Shown here: in pieces, positions 19,278-28,897 of the stretch
How positions within the stretch are numbered: position 1 is the stretch's first letter
How the letters are laid out: each line of letters begins with the position of its first letter
Assembly (NCBI GenBank): GCA_965208325.1
Contig: OZ242326.1
Coordinates: forward strand, 4,224,001-4,288,000
Source: Candidatus Poribacteria bacterium
GTDB taxonomy: Bacteria; Poribacteria; WGA-4E; PCPOR2b
DNA: 64,000 nucleotides
Reading direction: 5' to 3'
Made by a program: the position numbers and the translations under genes
The notes under the pieces: generated by a model
The model's input: only the letters and a program-made list of their open reading frames with translations
Told to the model about the DNA's origin: nothing
Database searches by the model: none

Positions 19278-20156
19278 ATGAAGATGATGAAATCCACCTT
19301 TAGCTTGGCGATTATTCTTTATCTTTGTGTCTATCTGACGGGTGCGCCGTTCGTACTCACTGCTTCCGCAAAGATTACGCCGATAGATGTGGATGAACCG
19401 ACACACTTTTACGAGATTCAGAAAGGCGATACGCTCTGGCATCTCGCGAAAAAATACCGAAAAGATGCGCTGTTGTGGATGGAGTTCAAGAAATATAACA
19501 TTTTTACCAACCCGAATCTGATTTATCCGAAGGAAATGCTGCAGGTCAAAAACGGTTGGGGATTCCCCGGCGATGAGCCGGTAATGATGGAAGAGCCGCC
19601 AATGGTGGAAGAGGGTCCGTCCGAGATGGACATGCTCAAGATGAGCATGGACGAGAAATTGGATTCTATGTCGAAGGCGATAATGAAGCTCAAACACAAG
19701 GCGGGTGAATCCCACGAACACCACAAGAAGCTAAGCGGAGATGTCGGCAAAATCAAAGGTATGCTTAAAGCGCACGACAAAGCATTAGAGGGGCTGAGTA
19801 AAGCCGCCATGTCGCACGCTGAAGAGACCAAGAAGGGGTTGTCGAAGGTTAAGGGCAAGATTAAAGACTTGAACAACGACCTGAACGCAAAGGCTGAGAA
19901 GCTGGGCGAGAAGCAGGCAAAGACGATGATGATGCTCGGCGAGACGACGGAAGCCATGAACAGCGAATTCGCCAAAAATGCGGAGCGGGTCGACAAGCTC
20001 CAAGCCGGCGTTGATGAGATTCATTCGGAACTTCACCACTGGAGAGGTGAATACAGAGATTCAACGAGCACGGAACGTACGCTGGGCGCGCTAGCAATCT
20101 TGGCTGGCGGGATTGCAGTGTTTACACTGAATTCGCTCGGTGAAAGTCTCGATTAA
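19278..20156 (+). CDS. LysM domain protein with coiled coil and C-terminal membrane anchor
   Basis: AAGGAG RBS; 'YEIQKGDTLWHLAKKY...NPNLIYP'; coiled coil; hydrophobic C-terminal helix. Confidence 0.85.
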   Translation: MKMMKSTFSLAIILYLCVYLTGAPFVLTASAKITPIDVDEPTHFYEIQKGDTLWHLAKKYRKDALLWMEFKKYNIFTNPNLIYPKEMLQVKNGWGFPGDEPVMMEEPPMVEEGPSEMDMLKMSMDEKLDSMSKAIMKLKHKAGESHEHHKKLSGDVGKIKGMLKAHDKALEGLSKAAMSHAEETKKGLSKVKGKIKDLNNDLNAKAEKLGEKQAKTMMMLGETTEAMNSEFAKNAERVDKLQAGVDEIHSELHHWRGEYRDSTSTERTLGALAILAGGIAVFTLNSLGESLD

Positions 20157-20183
20157 GGCGAAGTATTACACCAGTAAAAATTT

Positions 20184-20242
20184 GCAGGGGCGGTGCCGGA
20201 GGCATGAGGATGTGCTCGGGTGCGTTGTCCCTGCTTTTTTTT
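20184..20242 (+). terminator. Probable terminator
   Basis: GCAGGGGCG...TGTCCCTGC stem followed by a T run. Confidence 0.6.
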
Positions 20243-20276
20243 ACCTGTTAACCGGCGACAACGTTGCATGACGCAA

Positions 20277-20403
20277 GCGGGGCAAGATGCCCCGCCTACA
20301 GTTGGAGTAGGGGCAAGAAGTCCCGGCTACGGTGGGAGTAGGGGCAAGATGCCCCGCCTACGGTTGACGTAGGCGCAAGATGCCTCGGTTACGATGGGAG
20401 TAA
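20277..20403 (-). repeat. Four 31-bp tandem REP units (GTAGGCGGGGCATCTTGCCCC family)
   Basis: GGGGCAAGA-type cores at 20279, 20310, 20341 and 20372. Confidence 0.8.
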
Positions 20404-20682
20404 GGTGTTGTAGTTCGATGTTTCATCGGGAAAGCCGGGTAGGATGCCTCGCCTCGTGTGGGAGGCTGTTCGCCGGCGGCATTATGGTAGTATTAGGGCG
20501 TGTTGACGTGTGTATGGAACCCTCTGTCGTAGCGGATCAACCGAGTGAATAGCGAGGGCGATAGTGTTTCTCAGGTCACCCTGCCCAGAGATCGACCGCT
20601 GGCACGAAACTCCCAACCATATAGATATGGTTGGGAAAAGAGGGTTGGGTAACCCAACCCCTACGAATGGTCTTGGGGGGGA

Positions 20683-21306
20683 ATGCTACAAGAAATCGAT
20701 AGGTATTGGGACGGAATGCATTCGGAAGGATTAGACTGCACAATCACAAAATTCATTGAACTCTACGGCGACCGCACCGGACAGAAGGGCGATGGCGTGC
20801 ACGGCGGGGCGGCGTGGATAGGCGGCGAAAAATTCGTGCTGCTCGCGTCGGGCGGGGAAAATGCTCCCGATGCGGCGGATTGGCGGCGCATGTCTCGGCT
20901 GGCAGCGCTGGCGCAACACCTTCGGCGTCCGGTGCTTCTGTGGGATATGCCGCTGCAGGTTGTCGCGACGGCGTTGCAAAAGCAGCCGCTGGTGATTAAT
21001 GAGGCGATTCAGGATTGTAAATTGGCGCTGTTAAGGATGCGCGTTCCAGTCATTAGCGTCTTCAAGGAACGCTTTCCGGTTGTGTTGGCGCCGGAGATCG
21101 CCATGGTCGATGGCGCGGTGATAGTGTCGGATCATCCGGAGTTGCTCGCCTCAATAAGCGAAGATTTGCCGCCTATCACGATGGCTCGCAATGGGAAACA
21201 CAACCTGACGCAGGAAATTTTGGCGCTTTTTGAAGGGGTATCGAAAATCGGCGGGGTGGATTTGGAGCGGCGGCGCGTCGAACAGATTCGGAAAATCACG
21301 ATGTAA
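20683..21306 (+). CDS. Degenerate carboxyltransferase alpha (AccA-like) protein
   Basis: FIELYGDR...GG.AWIGG, 'WRRMSRLAALAQHLRRPVLLWD' and 'LERRRVEQIRKI' echo AccA motifs; short, and the DTPGAYPG and GEGGSGGA motifs are absent. Confidence 0.6.
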   Translation: MLQEIDRYWDGMHSEGLDCTITKFIELYGDRTGQKGDGVHGGAAWIGGEKFVLLASGGENAPDAADWRRMSRLAALAQHLRRPVLLWDMPLQVVATALQKQPLVINEAIQDCKLALLRMRVPVISVFKERFPVVLAPEIAMVDGAVIVSDHPELLASISEDLPPITMARNGKHNLTQEILALFEGVSKIGGVDLERRRVEQIRKITM

Positions 21307-21492
21307 AGAGATTGAATTACGGGTGCATTTGTGTTAACATAGGTGGCGCGGTTAGGGAGTCGAAAAGGGTTGCCCCTACAACCGCGCGTAGCCGAAGCGG
21401 ACATTCAAAAATGGTCGCATTAGGTTGCGGAAAACCCAATGATTCGCATCCTTATTTCCGTTTTCCACTGGGGAAAGTGGTAGATTCCTCTC

Positions 21493-22119
21493 ATGCTAGA
21501 ACGTATGTTCAGAGGCAAAATCAGTGTGTTTCTTTCGCTCGTTGCGAGGAAGTTGGTGTCAATTGGCGTGACGGCGAACATGATTACCTTGATCGGCTTT
21601 TGCGTTAATGTACTTGCGGCATTCTTTTTGGCGACCGGGCGGCTTGTGCTTGCGGGTGTATTGATATTGTTCGGCGGCACTTTCGATATGTTGGATGGCG
21701 CGGCGGCTCGCGCGGCGCCCAAATCTAGCGAATCGGGCGCGTTGTTGGATTCGGTGGTTGACCGGTATTCGGAGGGAGCGGTCTTTCTCGGAGCGCTCAT
21801 CTACTTCTATGTAAACGAAAAGCTTAACGGCGTCGTCCTGGTTTTTGCCGCCATGATTGGATCAATCCTTGTGAGCTACGTCCGTGCCCGTGCGGAAGGG
21901 CTGCGAATCGAATGCAAGGTTGGATTTATGCAACGTCCGGAGCGAATCGCGGTCTTGGCGTTCGGTACTTTGATGCAGGGTCTGGTTGGAAACCACTTCC
22001 AAGTCGTCCAGTCAAGCGGGCTGGTTCTCATCGCTGTAATTGCTATTCTCGCCATTACCTCCCACATCACTGCCGTCCACCGGCTTGTTTTTTCTCTTTG
22101 TGAATTGAGTGATCGATGA
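21493..22119 (+). CDS. CDP-alcohol phosphatidyltransferase (PIP synthase/PgsA-like)
   Basis: DMLDGAAAR...GALLDSVVDRYSE motif; 'VSYVRARAEGL...GFMQRPER'. Confidence 0.9.
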   Translation: MLERMFRGKISVFLSLVARKLVSIGVTANMITLIGFCVNVLAAFFLATGRLVLAGVLILFGGTFDMLDGAAARAAPKSSESGALLDSVVDRYSEGAVFLGALIYFYVNEKLNGVVLVFAAMIGSILVSYVRARAEGLRIECKVGFMQRPERIAVLAFGTLMQGLVGNHFQVVQSSGLVLIAVIAILAITSHITAVHRLVFSLCELSDR

Positions 22120-22423
22120 ATTGATGCGATGTCCGAGATGAGTGAGCCGCGAGTCGGAGATTGGAAGTGAAGACTATCGCCTTCGCTATTCGCTCAGTTG
22201 CCCCCCCTCAGTCCCCCCTTGGTAAGGGGGGAGGTTTAGGTGCGCGGCTTGGTAAAGGGGAAGGATTGTGCGCGCGGCGTCGAATCATTCCCCTGCTTAC
22301 GAAGGAGGGGTTAGGGGAGGTTGTAGATGGTGTGCTGGGGATTGGAGAAGAATATTGACCTGCAAGGGATTGAAGATGGTTAAGCAAGGGAGCGGGGTTG
22401 TTTTTTTGGCGGCGCTGAAGGTG

Positions 22424-23470
22424 TTAGGCGCTTAATGTGTGTATTTCCGGGTCGTTAATGTGATCCGAAATTTTCTGGTCAATCGCATTCACCTGTTCGG
22501 TGAGTTTACGGTGTGCCGCACTCATTTCTTCGCGGAGGTCGTCTATCCGACTGTTGGTATCGTCAATTCGGCTGATAGTCTCATCAATCCGACTGTCAAT
22601 ACCATCAATGCGTTTGTCTAGGAAATCACGCATGACTGTCGACGCCGCATACATTTCTTCCTTGGTTGGCACATTCGCAAACTTCGCATCAAGCAGCTTT
22701 TCAAAATGCTCAGATCTCGCAATTGACGATTTATCGAGTTGTTCAATGCGATCATCTGAAGATTTTTCGAGCTGGGCAATGAGTTTGTTTGTCGATTCTT
22801 CAGAGTGTGCAATCCCAGCATTTAAAGACTTATCGAGTTGTTCGATGAGTTTGTTTGTCGATTCTTCAGAGTCTGCAATCCGGTCATTTAAAGATTTATC
22901 GAGATGCGCAATGAGATTGTTTGACGTTTCTTCATAGTGTTCAATGCGATCATTTATAGATTTGTCGAGTTGCTCGTAGCGGGCATTTAAGGAATTTACG
23001 AGCAGTTCAAAGCGATCATTTATGGATTTGTCGAAATGCTCGAAACGCGCATTTATGGAATTTTCGAATATTTCCAAGCGATCATTTATAGATTTGTCGA
23101 CATGCTCGAAACGAGCATTTATGGAATTTTCGAATATTTCAAGCCGATCATTTATGGAGTTTTCGAATATTTCAAATCGCGCATTTAATGAATTTTCAAA
23201 TATTTTCAAGCGATCATTTATAGATTTGTCAACATGCTCAAATCGAGCGTTTATGGAGTTTTCGAATATTTCCAAGCGATCATTTATGGATTTGTCGAAT
23301 ATTTCTAAGCGAGCATTTAAGGAGTTTTCAAACTGTTCAAACCGTTTATCGAGGCGTCCGAAAAAGAAGTTTAGTACGCCGATAACCAACCCGCCGCCCG
23401 CAACGATCGGCACCGCAATTGCCGTGATGATTTTGACAACGTCGATCCAACTCATTCCGATTACCTCCAT
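22424..23470 (-). CDS. Membrane-anchored 11-residue-repeat coiled-coil protein (Bdr/apolipoprotein-like)
   Basis: N-terminal TM helix; long run of FENSINARFEH/VDKSINDRLEI 11-mers; TGTGGTATAAT extended -10 just upstream; alternative start MSW at 23455. Confidence 0.85.
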   Translation of the reverse strand: MEVIGMSWIDVVKIITAIAVPIVAGGGLVIGVLNFFFGRLDKRFEQFENSLNARLEIFDKSINDRLEIFENSINARFEHVDKSINDRLKIFENSLNARFEIFENSINDRLEIFENSINARFEHVDKSINDRLEIFENSINARFEHFDKSINDRFELLVNSLNARYEQLDKSINDRIEHYEETSNNLIAHLDKSLNDRIADSEESTNKLIEQLDKSLNAGIAHSEESTNKLIAQLEKSSDDRIEQLDKSSIARSEHFEKLLDAKFANVPTKEEMYAASTVMRDFLDKRIDGIDSRIDETISRIDDTNSRIDDLREEMSAAHRKLTEQVNAIDQKISDHINDPEIHTLSA

Positions 23471-23627
23471 TTCATGATATTATACCACAATGCCGCCCAA
23501 AATGTCGAGTTTTCGTATGTTGGGTTGAGGGATTGACGGCGTATGTGTTGAGTGCACCGCGATTCGGAGATTGACCGTACGGGTTGTTGGCAGAGGTTGA
23601 AGGTAGTGTGTTGGGAAGGAGAGTAGA

Positions 23628-24599
23628 CTGTCTGAACTGTGATTTGTGTGATTAAATGATGGGCTGTGATTGAAGGAATTAACTGGTGCTGGCGGCGATG
23701 TGGGTGTTTGGGAGTCAATTGGGATGGGAGAGGTTTTAAAAGAGTTGGGTTTCGCTCGATTCATCGGGTTTTGTGCGTGGATAGATTGACGATGGCGGTT
23801 CGTTTAATTGTGCGGTTTTTGGGTGAACTCGCTCTACCCAACCTACAAGAGCGACTGCTACTTTGCGGACGGCACACGGAGTGTGCCTGCTACTTTATCG
23901 CGGCTGGAAGCCGCTCTCACAGGGGCTGGTTTTTGGAAGGTGTGAGGGGATTGGGATTGGTGATGCTGTCTGAAATGTGATTTGTGTGATTAAATGATGG
24001 GCTGTGATTGAAGGAATTAACTGGTGCTGGCGGCGGTGTGGGTGTTTGGGCGTCAACTGGGATGGGTGAGGTTTTAAAAGAGTTGGGTTTCGCTCGATTC
24101 ATCGGGTTTTGTGCGTGGATAGATTGACGATGGCGGTTCGTCTTATTGGTCGGTTTTTGGGTGAAACCGCTCTACCCAACCTACAAGAGCGACTGCTACT
24201 TTGCGGACGGCACACGGAGTGTGCCTGCTACTTTATCGCGGCTGGAAGCCGCTCCCACAGGGGCTGGTTTTTGGAAGTTTGGAGGGGATTGGGATTGGCG
24301 ATGCTGTCTGAACTGTGATTTGTGTGATTAAATGATGGGCTGTGATTGAGGGAATTGATTGGTGTTCGCGGCGGTGTGGGTGTTTGGGAGTCATTTGGGA
24401 TGGGTGAGGTTTTAAAAGAGTTGGGTTTCGCTCGATTCATCGGGTTTTGTGCGCGGTTAGATTGACCGGGGCGGTTCGTTTAATTGTGCGTTTTTTGGGT
24501 GAATCCGCTCTACCCAACCTACAAGAGCGACTGCTACTTTGCGGACGGCACACGGAGTGTGCCTGCTACTTTATCGCGGCTGGAAGCCGCTCCCACAGG
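23628..24599. repeat. Tandem array of about 2.9 x 338-bp composite REP units
   Basis: Unit starts at 23628, 23966 and 24304; each contains a split REP (23744, 24082, 24420), a GTAGCAGGCACAC REP and a GTG(G/A)GAGCGGC REP. Confidence 0.9.
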
Positions 24600-24650
24600 A
24601 GAAGGAATTTGGCAGGTTGGGTTTGCAGTTGTCGAAACGAGGTATGATTT

Positions 24651-26588
24651 TTGAGTAAGTTCACTCTAGTCGAAAAGCAAAAGGCGAATGACATCCCACT
24701 CCGAATCTTGGTGATTGGCATCTTCTTCGCTCTGGTAAATGCGTATTGGGTTTCGACAAATGATTTGCTGATTGGTCTCGTTCACAACTATATGTCGCTG
24801 TTCAGCAACGCGGTTTTCACGCTGTTTCTACTGGTGTTGCTGAATTCCCTTCTAAAGAAATACCTTCCGAGGCTTGCATTTAGAGCCGCCGACTTACTGG
24901 TGATTTATGTGATGACCGTAATGGTTACGACCTTTGCGGGGAATCGAATGAACCGGTTTGTCGGACTGCTCTCCCACCCTTACTGGTTTGCCACGCCGGA
25001 AAATGACTGGCGAAACTTGTTCTGGCGATATATCCCGCCTTGGTTTACGGTCAAGGATGAGCATGCGTTGAGCGCCCTTTATCACGGCGATACGACGTTT
25101 TTTAGCCGCGCAAACTTTATGCCTTGGTTGGGGCCGATTGTCTATTGGTCGGCGTTTCTGATTGTGTTGTACGTCGTCCTGATCTGCATCAATACGTTGA
25201 TACGCAAGCAATTTACGGAACATGAGAGGCTGACCTACCCCGTTACCTGGCTGCCGCTGGAGATGGCGAAGGACATCACGTTTTTTCTGAAGAATAGGCT
25301 GATGTGGGCGGGTTTCGGCATTGCAGCGGCAATTGGCATTCTGAATGGACTGAGCGTGTTATTTCCGTCGCTTCCGGATATTCCTGTCGGGTGGACATCA
25401 ATTCATTTCCGGGAGAAACCGTGGAGCTACATGGGCGGCACCCGAATTTCGTTCCAGCCGTTTGTGATTGGGCTTTCGTATTTCATGCCGCTGGATCTCG
25501 CCTTTTCTGCTTGGTTTTTCTATTTCCTAAAGAAATTCACGCAGTTGACACTTGGGGCGACCATGGGTTGGCGCAACCTTTACTTCCCCGAACAGGCTCA
25601 AGGCGCATGGAGCGGGTTGGGTATTCTGGCGCTCTGGGTCGGACGCAGGCATCTAAAGCGGGTTTTCACGCAGGTATTCACGCGCAAGCGGGTTATTGAC
25701 GACGCTAAAGAACCGATGTCGTATCGGACCGCGGTATTTGGCGTCGTCGCCGGCATAATTTTTCTCCTGTTTTTTGCGTACAAAGCCGGGCTTTCGTTGT
25801 GGATTATTTTGGTGTTTTTTGTAATTTACGTATGCAGCGCCCTCGGTGTGAACAAGATTAGAGCCGGGCTTGGTGTAGCGGTGCATGAGTTGCTGTGGGT
25901 CGACCCCGGTGAGACGATGGTTAGCTCGATGGGAACACGGACGTTTGGCGCACGAAATCTGACGGTGCTTTCATTTCTATTTGTGCTGAATCGGGATCAG
26001 CCCGGCCACCCGATGCCGAACCAACTGGAAGCGTTTCGCATCGGCGAGCAGGCTAACATCCATCCGAGAAAACTGGCCTGGGCGATAATTTTAACGTGCG
26101 CCATCGGGATACCGGTGACCTTTGTGATATTTTTCAACCATCTGTATCAACAGGGGGCTGAAAATTCGACGGGTACGATTTTCATGCCCATAGGGAGAGA
26201 AGGGTTTACCCAGCGGCTGCAGATTTGGCTAACGAATCCGACGGGGCATGATTATGCGGCGGCGGGTTTCATGGGGTTTGGCTTCGCTATGACGGGGATT
26301 CTGTTAGTTATGAAGATGCGGTTTCTGTGGTGGCCGTTTCACCCCGTGGGTTATGTGTTGGGATCGAGCCCGGCGGAGATGATATATATCTGGGTACCGG
26401 TGCTGATTAGTTGGTGCCTGAAGTTTGCCATCCTTCGGTACGGCGGGTTGCGGGCGTATCGCAGCGCATTGCCGTTTTTTGTGGGTTTGATATTAGGGGA
26501 TTATTCATTGGGATGCTTTTGGAGTATTGTCGGGGCGGTGTTCAGGATTCCGGTGTATAATATGGGTTGGCATCCGGTGACATCGTGA
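24651..26588 (+). CDS. Polytopic membrane protein, DUF6785/DUF6784-type (putative OPT-like transporter)
   Basis: Many TM helices; 'WFATPENDW', 'ERLTYP..LP', 'WWPFHPVGY', 'YGGLRAYR..LPFFVGLILGD'. Confidence 0.8.
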   Translation: MSKFTLVEKQKANDIPLRILVIGIFFALVNAYWVSTNDLLIGLVHNYMSLFSNAVFTLFLLVLLNSLLKKYLPRLAFRAADLLVIYVMTVMVTTFAGNRMNRFVGLLSHPYWFATPENDWRNLFWRYIPPWFTVKDEHALSALYHGDTTFFSRANFMPWLGPIVYWSAFLIVLYVVLICINTLIRKQFTEHERLTYPVTWLPLEMAKDITFFLKNRLMWAGFGIAAAIGILNGLSVLFPSLPDIPVGWTSIHFREKPWSYMGGTRISFQPFVIGLSYFMPLDLAFSAWFFYFLKKFTQLTLGATMGWRNLYFPEQAQGAWSGLGILALWVGRRHLKRVFTQVFTRKRVIDDAKEPMSYRTAVFGVVAGIIFLLFFAYKAGLSLWIILVFFVIYVCSALGVNKIRAGLGVAVHELLWVDPGETMVSSMGTRTFGARNLTVLSFLFVLNRDQPGHPMPNQLEAFRIGEQANIHPRKLAWAIILTCAIGIPVTFVIFFNHLYQQGAENSTGTIFMPIGREGFTQRLQIWLTNPTGHDYAAAGFMGFGFAMTGILLVMKMRFLWWPFHPVGYVLGSSPAEMIYIWVPVLISWCLKFAILRYGGLRAYRSALPFFVGLILGDYSLGCFWSIVGAVFRIPVYNMGWHPVTS

Positions 26589-26611
26589 TAGGGGTGGTAG
26601 GATTGAAAAGC

Positions 26612-26893
26612 GTTGGGTTTCGCTCGATTCATCGGGTTTTGTGCGTGGATAGACTGACGATGGCGGTTCGTTTAATTGTGCGTTTTTTGGGTGAATCCGC
26701 TCTACCCAACCTACAGGAGCGACTGCTACTTTGCGGACGGCACACGGAGTGTGCCTGCTACTCTATCGCGGCTGGAAGCCGCTCCCACAAGGGATGATTA
26801 TTGGGAGGTAGGAAAGAAATGCGATTTTCGATGCAACCGAACCTACAGGAGCGACTGCTACTTTGCGGACGGCACACGGAGTGTGCCTGCTAC
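26612..26893. repeat. Composite REP unit (direct repeat of 24420-24599) plus an extra REP
   Basis: Near-identical to the core of the 338-bp unit; second GTAGCAGGCACAC REP at 26858-26893. Confidence 0.85.
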
Positions 26894-26998
26894 TTTAGCT
26901 AGGAAAGCAGCGGAAATGATTTTGGATGTGGTAAACCGCGTTGGAATATCTCACGTTTACGGGTTTGAGAATCTGAAAGTAATGAGGAGAACCAAGTA

Positions 26999-28093
26999 AT
27001 GAAACGAATCAAACAACTTGTTTATGCAGCAGTCAGCTTGTGCATGGCAGCGGGATTGTGCTCGCCTGTTTTCGCCGGGGCTGGGCGAACCGGCGCACAA
27101 ATTCTCGACCTTGGCGGCGGGACGCGTGCGGCGGCGCTGGGCGATGCCTTTTCTGCGGTTGACGGCGATGTCACCGCAGCGTTTTGGAATCCAAGCGGCT
27201 TGGGAATAATCCAAGACACACAGGCTGCGATTTCGTATATGGACTATAGTCAACTTTTTGGTGAAGCGAGTGCGGGGTTATACTACGCTTTTTTCGCCGG
27301 TGCCATGCCGCTCGGTGCGTCGGGAACGCTCGGCACAACGCTTCAAATACAGGGGCAAGGCGAGGTTGCAATTACGACGGATTCACCGCTAATAGAGCGG
27401 TATGAGAACCTTGGGACGAATTGGGCATGGACGGTGTCTTACGCGGACATGTTGGCAAACGGATTGTCAGCGGGCATCAGCGGTAAGATAATTCAGATGA
27501 AATTGGGACGTTACGCTGGGCGCGCTTACGCGATTGACTTCGGCGCACAATACAATCTCCAGCTTCCAGATTTCATGCCGCCGGTGCGCATTGGCGCTGC
27601 TGTACAAAATTGGGGCACGGAGATTGCTTTCATTGACGCAAATCAGAGCGACCCGCTGCCACGTAAGTTCCGGCTGGGAACCGCGGTAACAATCTATGAA
27701 GCAGGGTATCATGACCTACGGCTCATCGGCGATTTGACTGCGTTTATTGATAAGCTGAAAGAGGACGACGAAGAAGGGGTACAGGCGTTTATTGAGGCGA
27801 ATCCGGAGGTCACACGCGATCAACTTCTCGCCGACCGAGGCGTTGGCAGGCATGCGTTTGAGTGGCGGCACATGCAGAAGAGCGTTGGCATAGAGTATTG
27901 GTTGAGTAACCTGCTGGCGCTGCGAGTCGGTTACAAAACCGAACCCGGCATAAACCGCCCGGATTTTTCAGATCATATCACGTACGGTTTGGGTGTGCGT
28001 TTGTTGAATTATCAGTTTGATTATGCCCGCGTGCCCGGCGGTGGACCGAACAATCAGCGCCTCAATGTGTTTGCGTTGGTGTTGCGGTTTTAG
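26999..28093 (+). CDS. PorV/PorQ family outer-membrane beta-barrel
   Basis: Signal peptide; GAQILDLGGGTRAAALGDAF..VDGDVTAAFWNPSGL; 'QSDPLPRKFRLG'; C-terminal Phe. Confidence 0.85.
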   Translation: MKRIKQLVYAAVSLCMAAGLCSPVFAGAGRTGAQILDLGGGTRAAALGDAFSAVDGDVTAAFWNPSGLGIIQDTQAAISYMDYSQLFGEASAGLYYAFFAGAMPLGASGTLGTTLQIQGQGEVAITTDSPLIERYENLGTNWAWTVSYADMLANGLSAGISGKIIQMKLGRYAGRAYAIDFGAQYNLQLPDFMPPVRIGAAVQNWGTEIAFIDANQSDPLPRKFRLGTAVTIYEAGYHDLRLIGDLTAFIDKLKEDDEEGVQAFIEANPEVTRDQLLADRGVGRHAFEWRHMQKSVGIEYWLSNLLALRVGYKTEPGINRPDFSDHITYGLGVRLLNYQFDYARVPGGGPNNQRLNVFALVLRF

Positions 28094-28286
28094 GGATTGT
28101 CGTTTATCCTTGGGTTTCGGAGAAGACTGTCTGACCGGCACGTAATTTTCGCACGGTAGTTATTAGCAGTTACCCGCTTAACCCAACCTACAAGAACTGA
28201 AATCAGGAAAGGCGACGGAGCGGGTTGGGATCTGGGACCATTAAAAATTTTCAATGGTTGTTTTGAATGCGGGAGGCTTTAAAAGC

Positions 28287-28866
28287 GTTGGGTTTCGCTA
28301 CATGGATTTTACGAATGCAGCATGCCGGAGTTTTAACGTTTAGTGGGTGTAGTAACGGCATTAGGGTTATCCGCTCTACCCAACCTACAGAAACTGGAGA
28401 AACCTTAGGCAAGACTATCGCCTTCGCTATTCGCTCAGTTGATCGTTGGGTTTCGCTACATGGATTTTACGAATGCAGCCTGCCAGAGTTTTAACGTTTA
28501 GTGGGTGTAGTTACGGCATTAGGGTTATCCGCTCTACCCAACCTACAGAAACTGGAGAAACCTTAGGCAAGACTATCGCCTTCGCTATTCGCTCAGTTGA
28601 TCGTTGGGTTTCGCTACATGGATTTTACGAATGCAGCATGCCGGAGTTTTAACGTTTAGTGGGTGTAGTAACGGCATTAGGGTTATCCGCTCTACCCAAC
28701 CTACAGAAACTGGAGAAACCTTAGGCAAGACTATCGCCTTCGCTATTCGATCAGTTGATCGTTGGGTTTCGCTGCATGGATTTTACGAATGCAGCATGCC
28801 GGAATTTTAACGTTTAGTGGGTGTAGTAACGGCATTAGGGTTATCCGCTCTACCCAACCTACAGAA
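28287..28866. repeat. Tandem array of about 3.7 x 158-bp units (split REP plus ACTATCGCC module)
   Basis: Units start at 28287, 28445, 28603 and 28761; near-identical. Confidence 0.9.
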
Positions 28867-28897
28867 GCTAAAAGGGCTTTTGTGATAGGGAGTAGAC

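Noticed and set aside
22424..23470. DGR variable/template repeats
   Set aside because: The repeats are in-frame 33-bp coding units, differences are not adenine-specific, and there is no reverse transcriptase in the window
23461..24647. Repeated short ORFs (MNRAKPNSFK..., ...LPNLQERLLLCGR...)
   Set aside because: By-products of the 338-bp repeat
28267..28810. Three near-identical 68-75 aa ORFs
   Set aside because: By-products of the 158-bp repeat
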